Shown here piece by piece: positions 14,387 to 27,899 of a stretch of DNA of 64,000 nt. Numbering within the stretch: the first letter of the stretch is position 1; the number at the start of each line of letters is the position of its first letter. The DNA is from Diadema antillarum (taxonomy: Eukaryota). Under the pieces are notes generated by a model, which was given only the letters and a program-made list of their open reading frames with translations, was not told the DNA's origin and searched no databases. A program made the position numbers and the translations under genes. Where the stretch lies: NCBI RefSeq assembly GCF_040938485.1, contig NW_027271172.1, forward strand, positions 1,426,001 through 1,490,000, in the 5' to 3' direction.

Positions 14387-17300
14387 TACGGGCCTTGGAA
14401 AAAAATCATCAGGAATGACAATGCGCCTTATGTCTGCAGTTAGATACAGAGAGAGAGAGAGAGAGTGGAGCTGCTATATGCTCCCAATAGACAGCAATTT
14501 TCGGTTTTAACATATCAGTATGATCAATTTGATAGATTCACTGTATGAATGAATTATATGATTACAATGAGAGAAGTCATATGTCCATTATGTCCTCGTT
14601 ACTCTTCAGATATCGATGAGTGCATGTGCAACCCATGCCAGCAAGGTGGAGAGTGTATCAATCAGGTGGGCTCCTTCGTCTGCAACTGTCAAAACGGAAC
14701 GACTGGGACACTTTGCGAGATCGGTGAGTGAGTGAGGATCTTTTAAGAGTGTTTTAGAGAATTTCAATATTCTTTAGTTGGTCGTTGCATACAGTTGTAG
14801 AGACTGTATTTGGTAAACATGAATATGAATCCTCGTTACTCTTCAGATATCGATGAGTGCACGTCCTACCCATGTCAACACGATGGATTGTGTATCAACC
14901 AGTTGGGCTTCTTCGAATGCAGCTGTCAAAACGGAACCACTGGAACATTATGCGAGATTGGTGAGCGAGGATCTTTTATAGAGAATGCTATAATGTTCTT
15001 TCCTTGGCCATTTTAGAGACTCTTCTAGGTCTTAACAAGAGGTGATGATATTCCGGTAGATAAAGGAGGAAAATAGCAAGATGTGATCACAGTTGAGAAG
15101 ACGCGAGATATGAAAGCAAATGTGTCGGAGCAGTCCATTAACCCGTTGATCAATCAAATTTGTGATCAGCTGAACATGTGTACCTACATTGCACCAATAA
15201 ACCTTTGTCCTTAGACAGCTATTCTGACAAAGTTTATACATTCAAATCAGTATAAAACTCAACATGATACAATTGAGTCAACTTTTAATCTTCTCACTAC
15301 TTAAGGTGTTACAGTGTACTCCCGTTATAACGAACACGGTTATAACGAAATTCCGGTTACAACGAAGTAAAACATTAAACGTTATTCTCTCCGTGTTTTT
15401 TATCGTTTGTTTGTTCGCTTATAACGAAATTTCGATATAACGAAAGAAAACAGCTGGTCCCGAGGACTTCGTTATAACGGGATTCCACTGTACTATGATT
15501 ATTTTTAGGGAAAGTGATGTATAACGTGTTTTCCGCAAGCTCGTTGAAAAAGTATGAGTGTTCATAAGTCCGAAAATTGCTCATTTTAGTTCCGAATATT
15601 TGTTGCATTAATGCGAATCTTATTCATGATCATTAATGATGAAGACCTAATCCAATTGGGTAAACACGAATCCTCATAATACTCAATAGATATCGATGAG
15701 TGCATTTGCAACCCATGCCAGCACGATGGAGTGTGTACCAATCATGTTGGATCATTTAACTGCACGTGTCAGCCCGGAACGAATGGACCACTATGTGAGC
15801 TCGGTGAGCAAGGATCTTTTATAGAGTGTTTTGGAGAATATTTACATTCTTTCGTAGATTATTATACACACTCTTCATTCATCCAATATCTTTTTTTTTT
15901 TTATAATCATCAATATTCAATTGAATAGAAAGATGAAACGGGAACTTACCGTTTGAAGTTTGAGATTGAATTTGATGAGAATTTTGATTTGATTTGATTT
16001 GATTTGATTTATTGTTCCACATCTCAAAACACAAATAATATGATACAATCGATTTGACATAAGACTGGACATAGCGTCGTAATTACAAAGAATACAAGAA
16101 AAGACAATTTTACAAACATGAAATGTGGGGACCTACTAAAAAGCAAAGCTTGTAATGTATAGGTCCCTGTATAGATGAAAATGTTGGTCTTCTTAAACAA
16201 CCTAGTAACGAAAACTATGAAAGGAAGGAAAGGGACGTATAAAAGAAAAGAGAGCAAAAAGAGCAAGAGAAAGAAATAAAATATACGAGAGCATAGCGAA
16301 ATACTAAGTAGCCACCTGTATAACGCATACAAGATTCCTTGTCACCCGAGCAACATAGTTACGTAACGTAACGGGAAGAATAAGAGATCCTACAACTCAT
16401 GCGCCAACAATTAGTCTTAAAGTAGCAATGTGGCCATGGACAGTCATGACAGTTACTAGTAGATTAAACCTAACTTTTGTCAGTTTTCTCTCTTCTTTTA
16501 TCAGTTTCAAGTTTCAAGTTGATTTATTTTACACAAGAACTATTGAATATAAAATACTGTATAAAAAACAGGATTTCGATTTCTTATCCTCGAAAAAAAA
16601 CAACCACACACATACACATACACACGTTTGAAAACGGAGCCACATTGCCATAATTATATAGATGATGATTGAGGGAGGTTATAAGTCCGGAGACGAAGTT
16701 AAGTGAGGGACTTATAGCCTTCCGAAATAGCATTTCAAACCCTGAGGGTGGAACGTTTGGTACATGTTCCCAACAACAAAAGTCATCATCTCCTGTTATA
16801 TTATATGGGATAGTCAAATCTGCTTTTTCACATTGTATGGAATAAGCACATTTATCCTATCGATTGCGTGAAAAATATGATCGTTCAATCGTTTTGCATC
16901 GTTTGTCATTTGTTACGTGAAAACATTTTCCCATGGGAGAACATTACAAAAATGTTCTGCCCATGGGCGAACATAACAAATGTGCCTCCATCACGTGACT
17001 GTGTTTAGCCAATCACTTACCGGTACTTGACCAACCCATTTAATATAAGCTGTTGGCGCATGTGCGGGCAAAATAATATTCCGTACAGAAAATTAAATTG
17101 CGTGATAAATTATGTATTCACAACGGGAGAGCCCCGACACCAATTACCAATTATATGAATCGTCATTCCTCTTCAGATATCAATGAGTGCATGTTCAACC
17201 CATGCCAACATGATGGAGTGTGTATCAACCAGGTGGGCTCCTTTGTATGCAACTGTCACAACGGAACGACTGGAACACTCTGCGAGATTGGTGAGCAAAA

Positions 17301-20300
17301 AAATTTTAGAGAGTGTTGTAAGGAATATTAATGTTCTTTCGTTGGTCATTTCAGAAACCCTTCTGGGAGGGGGAATAAAGAGGTGACAATCTTACACAGT
17401 GGGTGGCGGATCCAGAGGGGGCACAACCTGCGCACGCCCCCTTTATTTTTCGTTAAAAACAAAAGAAATAAAACGAAGAAAAAAAAAGGAATGAAACCCG
17501 GAAGTGGCACCAGAAATATTAGTTGCGCCCCCTTTACAGAATTCCTGGATCCGCCCCTGTTACAGCAAGAAAATGTGGAAGAGAGCAAGATATAATCACA
17601 ACGAAGAAGACTGGACAAGTGTTCGCATGGTTCATTAATTCATCTTTAAGTTGATCACGGAAACATATAAACTTGATCCTGAATACGAGAACATTGCATC
17701 ATAACATATTTCGTCCATGAGTAGTTATCCTGATGAAGTGTATACCTTCACAGTAAAACTCAAAATTTAGAATTTGGTCTACTGAATTTTGAATTTTGAA
17801 TTTTGTGATTTCTTAAGGTGTTCATGACTATTTTTATTGAGAGTAATGTGATGATAACAATACAGGAATGAGACCTGGGGACCGTTTCATGAAACTTTTT
17901 GTCAGTGATTTACACCGACAACTGTTAAAAGCTACTGAAATCCTTGCGTCTGATTGGCTGATAGCAAATTTGTCGGTGAAAACCTCCGACGAACTCGTTG
18001 ATGAAACGCCCCCCCCCCCCCCTGATATCCGTCTACAAGAATCCGTCGTCCTCTGGGCTAACATGTTTTCGTAGCCCCAAGGACGACTCTTTTGACCCTG
18101 ATGTTATTAATGGTATTATGCCTTCCACGGTGGATGAAGTTTACTTGAAGAAAGCGAGGTAAATCTAATGAAGATGTGATATGGCTTGATGCAGGTTATC
18201 CCGATATTTCATGAAGGTCTATTCGGCACTCTCGTTATTCCCAAAATTCTTTTTTTTTGTACCTGAGTTTTACTTGATGANNNNNNNNNNNNNNNNNNNN
18301 NNNNNNNNNNNNNNNNNNNNNNNNNNNNNNNNNNNNNNNNNNNNNNNNNNNNNNNNNNNNNNNNNNNNNNNNNNNNNNNNNNNNNNNNNNNNNNNNNNNN
18401 NNNNNNNNNNNNNNNNNNNNNNNNNNNNNNNATTTATCCAGGGTAACCCTCTTCGGTGTTTCCACTCTCTTTCAGTTGGCTCTGCCATTATTATCATTAC
18501 CCTGCGTTGCAAGGAACAAATGTATACGCCTGGGTCGAGAGGAACACGGTGGGTAAAAACATCCTTTCCAAGGACGTAAGCACTGGGCGGGAATCGAACT
18601 AGGGTCCTCCAACTGGGAATCTGGAGTCTTATCCACTATGCCGCAGCTACCCCGAAAATATTTGATGTTCGTTTATTCGAATATTTATTGTAATAAATAT
18701 AATTTGTATTCTTCATAATGACGATGACAATCACAATGGGACCACCCATGATTGTATCAACATGAATGCCCATTACTCTTCAGATATCAATGAGTGCATG
18801 TCCAACCCATGCCAGCATGGGGGACAGTGTACCGACCAGCTGGGATCCTTTGTCTGCAACTGTCAAAACGGAACGACTGGAACTCTATGCCAGATTGGTG
18901 AGCGAGGATAATTTAGAGAGTGCTGTAGAGAATACTAAATGTCTTTATTAGGTCATTTTAGAGCCTTTTCTAGGAAGAAACAAGAGATGATAATCTTACC
19001 AGAAGATAGAGGTGGAAAAGAGCAAGAGATGATAACTGCGATGAAGACACATGAGATGAAAGAGTGTCTGAGTGATCCATTTATCGATTGATCACCTAAA
19101 CAATGTCTTGTCAGAAGTTGCAAACTGCTAGTTATCAAATGAATATATGGTTAGATTGCATCCATACAAACTTCGTACGTGAACTTTATCTTGATAGAGT
19201 ATTAACATTCCCATAAGTAAAACTTAACATTACCGCTTATTTCATATTTTGGAGTCAAAAGGGTCTAAGGTTTTGATCCAAGTAGTATCTTCTCCAGAGA
19301 TAAAATGATCAATACTTTACAATTTATGATTTGTACTTAAGTTTCTGATGAGAATATCTAATGTCGTGATAGATTGTCTTCCAAGCTAGGTGAAAGTTCC
19401 CTCAATGAAGCCGAAGGACAATAACGGTTTGACTGTCTGATGTGGATTAATGCTGGTGTTTGGATGGTGCACGTTTTCGGCAGATCCGTTATTCTCAGCA
19501 AGTAGAATTCCTGCACCTGAGGGTTCGTACCAAAATCCAAGAATCAAGGGTTTCTTTACCCGAAGATTTTGTTGCATTAAAGCAAATCTTATTCTTATGA
19601 TTCTCAGTTTAGGTGACATACATGTATATAACCACGATGAGAGAATAGCGACCAATATAAATTCTCATTTGATACTCTTCAGATATCAACGAGTGCACGT
19701 CCACCCCATGCCAGCATGATGGAGCGTGTATCGACCAGCTAGGTTCCTTTGTCTGCACGTGTCAACCTGGAACGAATGGAACACTATGTGAGATCGGTGA
19801 GAGGGGATCTTTTTATAGAGAGTGTTTTAAAAGAGTTAGACCAGTTCGTAATTCTACATCGCGCATGAGCATAAAAAGGTCAATTACACCAGGGTGGTGA
19901 GACGAAAATCACCTCCATGATTGTACATGTACCAGCAACAAGTACGTTGGTTTGTAAATTCACTGAGATAAGCATTAAAGGTTGTGATATGACGATTGTT
20001 CATGTGATCCTTAAAGATAGTGCTTTCCAACACATCTACCTGACGGTAAGCCTGGCATCTGGCAGTATTAATAGAAAAGAAAATCTTTATACATTCATGG
20101 TATCCTTACCCAGAGATCATTCTAGTCTGCGCAAGTTTATTCTTTGTCAGAGGAAGCTCACGCGTTGCATTGTGCTGCTTTCAGGGCAAGTGAAGTACCT
20201 AGCCGAATGAGAAGAAAGAAAAGTTGTACCAATGTACGTATGATTTAATTATTATTGCGACTCATTAACGTTCCGTCGATAGTCATTTAGAGCCTGCTCT

Positions 20301-23300
20301 GGGAGGTAACAAGGGATGAATCTTTGGATAAGGGTTTCCTTAGCCGAATATTTTGTTGCATTAATCTGAATCTTATTTCTAAGATCATCAGTGAGAAAAT
20401 TTGCTAAAAGTACAAACAAGCTTGATTTGCCTGAGTCAAAGTGAAAAAAAAATGACATCTACAGAAAATTAATAGAAGCTGTTGAGAGAGGGGTTCTTTC
20501 GTTGCATTAAACCGAATCGCATTTCGCTGATCCTCACGCAGGGATGGTGAAATACATGTATATAACCACGATGAAAGAACAGCGACCAATATTAATCCTC
20601 ATTTGTATACTCTTCAGATATCAACGAGTGCACGTCGAACCCATGCCAGCATGATGGAGCGTGTATCGACCAGCTAGGTTCCTTTGTCTGCACGTGCCAA
20701 CCTGGAACGAGGGGAACACTATGTGAGATCGGTGAGAGAGGATCTTTTTGAGAGAGAGTGTTTAAAGAGTATAGTAACGTTCTTTCGTTAGTCATTTTAG
20801 AGCCTCTTCTAGAACTGAACAAGTGGTTATAATCTTACAGGAGATGAAGATGGAAAAGAGGAAGACGCAACATAATGAAAGAAAGTATCCCAGCGTAGTC
20901 CATTCATCCGATGTAAAACTAAACGTTTCGAGGGATGTTAGCTGCGGCCGGTGTAGCGGCAGATAGCGTTCCGTGACAGAGAGTCTATCTTGACACTGGG
21001 CAGTGCCTGCCTGCAATAGAAATAGTAAATGATCAAGTATGGTTGCACATAATTATTGAAAGGATTCGGAGAACTACACGAGAGCGCAAAACTCTGCCAA
21101 GTTCACCGAATCACGATAGCATAATAGAACTGTTTTTTTTTTTTGTCTTGTATACACATCTTGGATGTTGATTGTGATCCAAATTCACCATCAAAAATAT
21201 TCCAAACTAACATGGCAAACAAACGAAAATATGAACAAACATACTAAAAAGCGCCAGCAAAAGCATAGCCACCTGAGTAGCAATAACAGGACGAGACATT
21301 ATTGTTAGACAACTTTCAGCACTGCTTATCTTTGCCGTGTGCATTCATTTTTTTTTCTCAAGAGACAGGTCTGTTTCTAAACAATGAGAAAATGACATCA
21401 GTACCAACAAAAATTTGCTTTGTAACGAATATAATGGATTTTCATCGCTTTTACAGCGTCCTATTTCAAGTAACGTTATGCTTATATGTGTGGCAGCAGT
21501 ACTATGTCGAAGTTATATTCTTTTTTTATTGAGCATAATCAAAACTAGTAAATCATAGTTTAGTCCATATATATGACACTACCAAATCCTTTTTTCCCCA
21601 AATACGTAATGAATGCACGTTTATTGTACTTATATATCCTTACTGAAATATACACTTATTAAAGTTATGTGTCATTGACGTGCAATGCCAAACCGTGCAA
21701 TATTCAGATTGGCTTTGATTATAGAGAATCATTAGACAACCAGAATAACAGAGGTCTCAAAATCAAAAACTCGATCGCACTAACACAGAATCTCGGGAAA
21801 ATTATTATGCGCTATATCAGAAATTCTACAATTTTCTTTCGCCATTGGGTATAGGTTTTGACAAATCTTGATCTTTACTAAAAACAAGCAAAGTCTTTAA
21901 AAAACGCATTTCTTATTTTTATGTCCATGTAAGATGAACCAGAACCATCTTAACATTCAAATTTATGTCTACATCCAAAAAAGGTCAACTGAAAATAATT
22001 ATTGTGCTCGATGCCATTATTACAGGCATTATAGGATGATGTTAAGGACATTTTGAAGTATGTCTCGTACATACAGGGTAAACATGTTATACACACTGTG
22101 CAAATGCATGTTGACTTTCACTGATTCATAATACCCTGGTCATCAATTTGAGGCCATGATAACATTAACTTGAGATTACTTTATATAATACGCCTATAAA
22201 ACAAACAAACAAACAAACAAACAAACACACGTTCTGAACCAAGATTCTGCCCGTGACTTCATCTGTCGATCGTTGATAAAATACTCTTATGCATAAAATA
22301 ATTTTGATTGCACCTCCCCCTAGACCAAGCATAACTTGTAGAGGAAGTCCACCCCCAAAATAGATAAGCTTCCAAAGAAAGAGAGAAATATTCCCTGAAG
22401 ACAGATACAAAAAATGACAACTGGATACGACATAAACATGATATGACATTTTCAAATTTCACATACATTTTTTTTTTGAAATCATTTATTGACAAGTCCT
22501 TATGAATACTGAAATCATCAAGTCGACGATGTCATGCTCTCACGTTTTCTTATTCATTTCATATACAGAAATTACAAAAAGGATCTCATATTTCAGATGG
22601 ATATAAAACTCATCTTAAAAACCAACCGTGATAAAGGGCTAAAAAGTATTAACTCTCATATTTCTTGGTATGGGAACATGCTTTTATTTGTATTAGCTAC
22701 AAATAATAATCTATCTTAATTTCATTTACAACATACATGAAAATTGTGAGGGTGTGACATCATCAACTTGCTCATTTTAATATTCATAAGGACTGTTCGA
22801 GAAATGTTTTCCGAAATAATGTGAAATTTTAAAATGTCCTAGCTTCCCCATTTCTTATCCAATTTTTGTATTTTTTCTATTATCCTGTAGGAATTCTATT
22901 TTTCTCTTTCTTTGGAAGTTTAACTAATATTGGGTGGATTTCCTCTTTAAAAGTTCCTCGTTTACTCTGTACCCGGTACATATATAACCAATTTATAGTT
23001 GTTCCAATGTAAAATGTGAAAACCATTCGGAGGTTTTCTTTGATATTGTCATTTTCGTTGACTTGTTATCCATCGTTAGATGTGAATGAGTGTGAACGCA
23101 ACCCCTGTTGGAATGGAGGAACCTGTGTTGATCTTATGAACAACTACACCTGCTCATGCCCCAGTTTTCTTGATGGCCCTCAATGCGAAATTCGTAAGTA
23201 AGAATTGGATTTATCGGGCTTACAATGTTTGGTAGGCCCAATGTCGACTCTTCATTGCGCTTAATGATGGCATAAAGTGTCACGATGTTGTAATGCCTTC

Positions 23301-26300
23301 CCTATATGTTACGTACAGTTGTCTGCAGGAATGGTTTTATAATCTTGAACCTGTTTTTGTTTTGACTTAGGAAGATTTTCAACGTCTTTTGAAAGTGTAT
23401 GTAATCCTTTATATATAAAAATAATTATGTGTCAAATAATTTTTTTTTTAGTAACGAGGCGCAGTTTTCGAAACAGTCATGTCACGTGACCGACAAAATG
23501 AAAAGGATTATGTTTTGTCTGAAAAAAACACACCAAACAAACATGATGCCAATGTATACGCTCTATCGTCCTTCATGAGACCATACTAAACATTCTCTGC
23601 GTCATGTGTCATTACATACGGTAAATTGTATTTTCAAAATTTAATTCAATCTTTGAGAGTATGGACCCTGACATATTTCCGGATTAATAAACCTTCGGAA
23701 TAACAGACCTTGGTAACGATAGAAATAAGCAGCTGTTACCCATATTCAAATAGTGGAATGGTTTCATCGCCTGACAAACGAGAATGTCCACATTTCCGAT
23801 TTGATATGTCAAATCAACAAGAATTATTGTGTTTCCGAAGTCAATGATGAAATGGTCGTGATTGCCATTCTTTATTCATGTATTTTCTTATTTTGACAGT
23901 GAGAAATTTCAGCATTCGCCTGGTTCATAACAGTGACAATTCGGTGCGTGGCAAGCTGGAGGTGCTGTGGAACAACACATGGACTAGCTTGCGCATCAAC
24001 ACGTATTATAGTCAAACTAACAATCTATTCTACAACAACGCAACTGCGGTTGCGTGTAGTCAGCTCGGGTTCACAGGGTACTCCTCTTTCCAGCAATTGT
24101 ATCATACGAGCACGGACAGCGTGGTCTTTGTCAATCTCGTTTGTAGCGGTCAGGAGACTGATCTCGGGCAGTGTCAACATTACTCCATTTTCCTATCAAG
24201 ACATTTTTATTTTTCATTCCGAGGACAAGAGATCACGTGTGCAGGTGACTCCCTGTTTCATCTTTCTCGATCAAGACCTTATACGATATGCTGTCATTTG
24301 CAAAGTTTTTGAGTATTTGATCATGTGTTGTATGTTTGCCTTATTTCCCTTTTGAATTTCATTTTGTCTTGCCTTTATTTTGTGTCTTTTTATCTGTTTT
24401 ACACGCAGCGTCCCGTGCAGTTGTTTCTAGTATAGCTAACTATATACAGCCCAGTCTAATTAAAGGACAAGTCCACCTTCATATACATGTGGATTGAGTG
24501 AATGCAGCAATATTAGTAGAACACATCAGTGAAAGTTTGGGGAAAATCGGACAATCCGTTCAAAAGTTATGAATTTTTAAAGTATCTGCGTAGTCACTGC
24601 TGGATGAGAAGACTACTACAGTGTATGATGTCATATGCGTACAACCATATAAAGAAAATAAAAAGAGAATTTCACAAAACGTTACTTTTTGAATTAAGTG
24701 CACATTTCTTCGACTTGTTACTGACATTATGTTAAGGGTAATATTTTTCCCCTGACTTCTGAAAGAGAGAAGTCGAGTGTTATCTTTTTATGTGAGGAAA
24801 GTGAGAAAATCTTGAATTTTCTTTATACTTTCTTTATATTTTGGAGTGACCTCAGGGATCACTCGAAGATTTTGGAGTGATCCCAGCTGACGTCACTCTA
24901 AAACGAGCAAAAATGAACATTTTCACTAAAAATTCACTCCAATTTCACTCTAAATTCACTCTTTTTTGTATTCACTCCTTAAAGAGTGAAAATTTTCACT
25001 CGATTTTTTTAGAGAGTAGTCTTCTCATCCAGCCGTGACTGAGCGGAAACTTCAAAAATTCATAACTTTTGAACGGATTGTCCGATTTTGCTCAAACTCT
25101 CACTGATGTGTTCTACGAATGTTGCTGCATTCATTCAACCCACATGTCTATGAAGGTGAACTTGTTCTTTAACAGCGTCTGGTCGGGCTATAATATAGCT
25201 TGCCTTTGGCAATTGAAGGAACTTCCCGAAATGACAAGAAAGTAGATTAGGCCCATCTTACACTCGCATGTGCCAGATACATTGAGTAGACCTATATGAT
25301 ACAATATCACTATATCATGCCGGCCTGTCGGTCTTATCATCTTTATTGTTGTTGCGTGTTGTTGTTGTTTTCGTCGTCGCCGCCATTGTTGTTGTTGGGA
25401 GAGATAATTTACAATGCTATTATAATATCGCTGAACAGGAAAGCGGCTGCTTAGAGAATATTCCGAAGCCATACACCTAAAGAGTGCACCTGTTCGATGA
25501 ATTTCAGTTCTGAAAGTGAAAAACTTTCTCTCGTGTGGGAAGGAACAATGCCACCTCCCCCTTCCCCAATCCCACCCCGCGCGTCTTAGCGATCCCCCGC
25601 TTGTGTATTCCTATATAGCTACGACAGAAATCCACGGTGTTCCCAAGCGACAAGTACGGCCTATGTCTGAATATTAGGTATATCCGAGTATGGATAAGTA
25701 TAGCTGAATTAAAGATAATATTGTATCTTTTATGTGAGCACTTCTCTTGTGTCACAGATTCTTATTAGTTTCATTCACAGCTGTTTCCCAAAGATCTTTC
25801 ATAGTAACAACATTTTATTTCAATCTAGTCTGTATAGGCCCTATACTGATATATCTGACTCTTGTGTTTACTTTTTGTGTTTGCTTGTTGTATTATCCGT
25901 ATGTTTAGATTAATGGTGACAGTGAACTGAGCTTATGTTTCCTTGGTCTGGCCCTGTGTGCTGCATCAAAGGGATCGTATAGTTTTGATTAAACCTAACT
26001 TCAGGTTTCTAACATTTGAGAGTGAAATAATGAGAAACCTTTTATGAAATATGAAAGAAACTGATGAAGTAATTCCAAGAAGAGTTCCACGTTTGATGAA
26101 AATGGGTTTTGAAATGGCTGATATATCCAAACAAGGTGATCCTATAATAAAAGGCTTGACCCACCTATCATTAGGATTGCTTAATTTGTTTTAATTGTTT
26201 TTGGATGTCTCAGCCACTCCAAAACCAATTTTCCTCTAATAAACTTTGAATTCCTGGTATAGAATGACATGGTCTGAACTTCATAAGTGGTTTCTTGGTA

Positions 26301-27899
26301 TCTCACAAAAATTTTAAGACCCAATTCTCATCTCCACCAATACTATCACCCTTTTAAATGATACCGTTTTAAATAACACAGTTTGCTTGCCGTTGCTAAC
26401 CACCTGAAGCGAACCACGAGGAACCGTGTTATTATAGTGTGGGTGTGTAGAGGATGGATCACGTCTACGGGTTAGCACTACTGATCATATAGGTCAGTGG
26501 TTGGCAACCTAATCTCATTGGTTACGGGAATTTATGAAAACAAAAATGACAGCGAAATTATGTGTAGTGTTATGCTTTATGTAGAACTGTTTTCCAGTGG
26601 CCAAATTGATTTCTTTAGTAATGCAAGTACATCGAATGGATAACATATAAAGGAAATTGCTGTAGTTTTCCTTATAATTGCATCATATTATTAGTAAAAG
26701 CTACAACATTGTGGTTTCAGCGATCCGTTAACAATATTTCCTTATCTTTATTTTCTAAGTTGCACAACGATCAGCCGGCTTGGTGATTTATATAACAGAT
26801 ACATGAGTAGCGCACATTCTATAGGATGTTTTTTGAAATGGCATGTCAGATCATACTCGTGGTCTCATTGTCTTGTTTTTTCTCTTTTTTTTGTAATCAT
26901 GTCTTTATTGGTAAAAAAAACATATCAATGAACATGTTAACATAATCTTATGATATACAAGGTCTCGACACATGACAGGTAGTGACGCACTTATAAAATA
27001 TTAACAGTGAAGAAGTTATAATATATAGTTATTATGTAAAACAAATTTGGTTGTTGACAAAACTATCAGACAAAAATCACCGTACATTTTCCCAGTACGT
27101 TTATACATATCACATATGCATTATTGTCAAACCAACTTTACTAATTTGTATATGAAATATCAATGGTACATACTACACAATTTAATTGCTGAAGTGTTAA
27201 CATTAAAAAAAATGCATTATCTGTTCGTGATACATATTACATTTTTGAAATACAGTAAATGGCAATCCAACTACTAATAATCTCTTTATCCAGGATACCC
27301 ATTACATAATTTTAAGTGTCTAAATGTAAACCAATAATTGATTGTTGTTATAGTTGACAGGATACATGTTACATTTTTAAAGTGTCAAGTGTCAATCCAG
27401 AAAATCATTATATTTATCCAGCATACACAACTTTTACATTACCTAGTGTCATAAATAGGACCTATACACAAAGTGTTTAAAGTCTTCCCAAGTCTGCTCA
27501 TTTCTTGCACAGTTATTACTCTGAATTCCCTTATATTTTGTCCATCTTGTCCATTTTGTCTCATTAGAAACCCAAGTCCGTCTGACAGGCGGCTCAACCC
27601 CTGACCTAGGTCGAGTGGAGATCTTCTACCAGGGTACGTGGGGAACGGTGTGCAGCAGTCGGTGGGATGACGAGGACGCCGGTGTGGTGTGTCGCATGCT
27701 CGGGTACAGCTCGGGCGAGACTACCTCAGGACTCAGTGTCAGTAGCAAGCCTATGGTACTTAGTGACGTCCAATGTGTCGGCTCGGAAACCGACATCGGT
27801 GCTTGCGAGCACTCGCCATTTATGACGGGGACATGTAACCAACAATCAACAAGCCAAGGGCAAGAAGCCTGGGCGTCTTGTTATACTCTTCCTAACTGA
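9728..27899 (+). CDS. Gene 1: secreted protein, signal peptide + novel N-domain + 9 EGF + 2 SRCR (about 657 aa, 13 coding exons)
   Basis: Exons 9728-9730, 10670-10724, 11560-11784, 13210-13311, 14610-14723, 14847-14960, 15690-15803, 17177-17290, 18784-18897, 19683-19796, 20618-20731, 23080-23193, 23900-24244 and 27568-27899 all have GT-AG ends and compatible phases. They sum to 1974 nt with a single terminal stop. (Counting the ATG exon there are 14 segments.). Confidence 0.8.
10670..10724 (+). CDS. Gene 1 exon 2, signal peptide ([18 protein letters not shown])
   Basis: ttttccag|AAC...CTG G|gtaag, 55 nt, phase 0 to 1. Hydrophobic; conserved in all three copies. Confidence 0.75.
11560..11784 (+). 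CDS. Gene 1 exon 3, unrecognised 4-Cys N-terminal domain
   Basis: catgcag|CG...CCT G|gtggg, 225 nt, phase 1-1. [75 protein letters not shown]. Confidence 0.7.
13210..13311 (+). CDS. Gene 1 EGF-A exon
   Basis: [34 protein letters not shown], 6-Cys EGF spacing, donor G|gtagg. The acceptor position is uncertain (see findings). Confidence 0.8.
14610..14723 (+). CDS. Gene 1 calcium-binding-type EGF exon B1
   Basis: cttcag|AT...G|gtgag, 114 nt. [38 protein letters not shown]. Confidence 0.9.
14847..14960 (+). CDS. Gene 1 EGF exon B2
   Basis: 114 nt, phase 1-1. [38 protein letters not shown]. Confidence 0.9.
15312..15490. mobile_element. Tc1/mariner-pogo-type MITE
   Basis: TA|CAGTGTACTCCCGTTATAACGAA...TTCGTTATAACGGGATTCCACTG|TA. 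Absent from the matching intron of gene 2. Confidence 0.75.
15690..15803 (+). CDS. Gene 1 EGF exon B3
   Basis: 114 nt. [38 protein letters not shown]. Confidence 0.9.
17177..17290 (+). CDS. Gene 1 EGF exon B4
   Basis: 114 nt. [38 protein letters not shown]. Confidence 0.9.
17397..17559. mobile_element. MITE with GGCGGATCCAG TIRs
   Basis: cagtgggtggcggatccag...ctggatccgcccctg, flanked by ttaca on both sides. Confidence 0.6.
17877..18022. mobile_element. Harbinger-like MITE
   Basis: gggg-ac-cgtttcatgaaac...gatgaaacgcccc inverted ends. Confidence 0.5.
18281..18431. other. Assembly gap (151 N)
   Basis: Run of N inside the gene 1 intron between B4 and B5. Confidence 1.
18432..18653 (-). mobile_element. 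tRNA-derived SINE, CORE-like, cut by the gap
   Basis: Minus strand has A box (ggcatagtgg) and B box (agttcgattccc), then gtccttggaaagg...ctctcgacccagg, resembling the CORE domain. Confidence 0.55.
18784..18897 (+). CDS. Gene 1 EGF exon B5
   Basis: 114 nt. [38 protein letters not shown]. Confidence 0.9.
19683..19796 (+). CDS. Gene 1 EGF exon B6
   Basis: 114 nt. [38 protein letters not shown]. Confidence 0.9.
20618..20731 (+). CDS. Gene 1 EGF exon B7
   Basis: 114 nt. [38 protein letters not shown]. Confidence 0.9.
22340..22946. mobile_element. Kolobok-like non-autonomous element
   Basis: agaggaagtccaccc...gggtggatttcctct|ttaa. Confidence 0.45.
23080..23193 (+). CDS. Gene 1 EGF-C exon
   Basis: cgttag|AT...ATT C|gtaag. 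[38 protein letters not shown]. Confidence 0.9.
23900..24244 (+). CDS. Gene 1 SRCR-A exon (divergent 4-Cys SRCR)
   Basis: gacag|TG...GCA G|gtgac, 345 nt. Motifs [37 protein letters not shown]. Confidence 0.8.
24464..25168. mobile_element. Kolobok-like MITE with about 170 bp TIRs and a nested CACTC-family MITE
   Basis: TTAA|AGGACAAGTCCACCTTCAT...ATGAAGGTGAACTTGTTCT|TTAA. Nested element at about 24828-25016. Confidence 0.75.
27568..27899 (+). CDS. Gene 1 terminal exon, canonical 6-Cys group A SRCR (SRCR-B)
   Basis: cattag|[11 protein letters not shown]...[15 protein letters not shown]...VVCRMLG...VQCVGSE...GACEHS...GTC...WASCYTLPN then stop. Confidence 0.9.
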
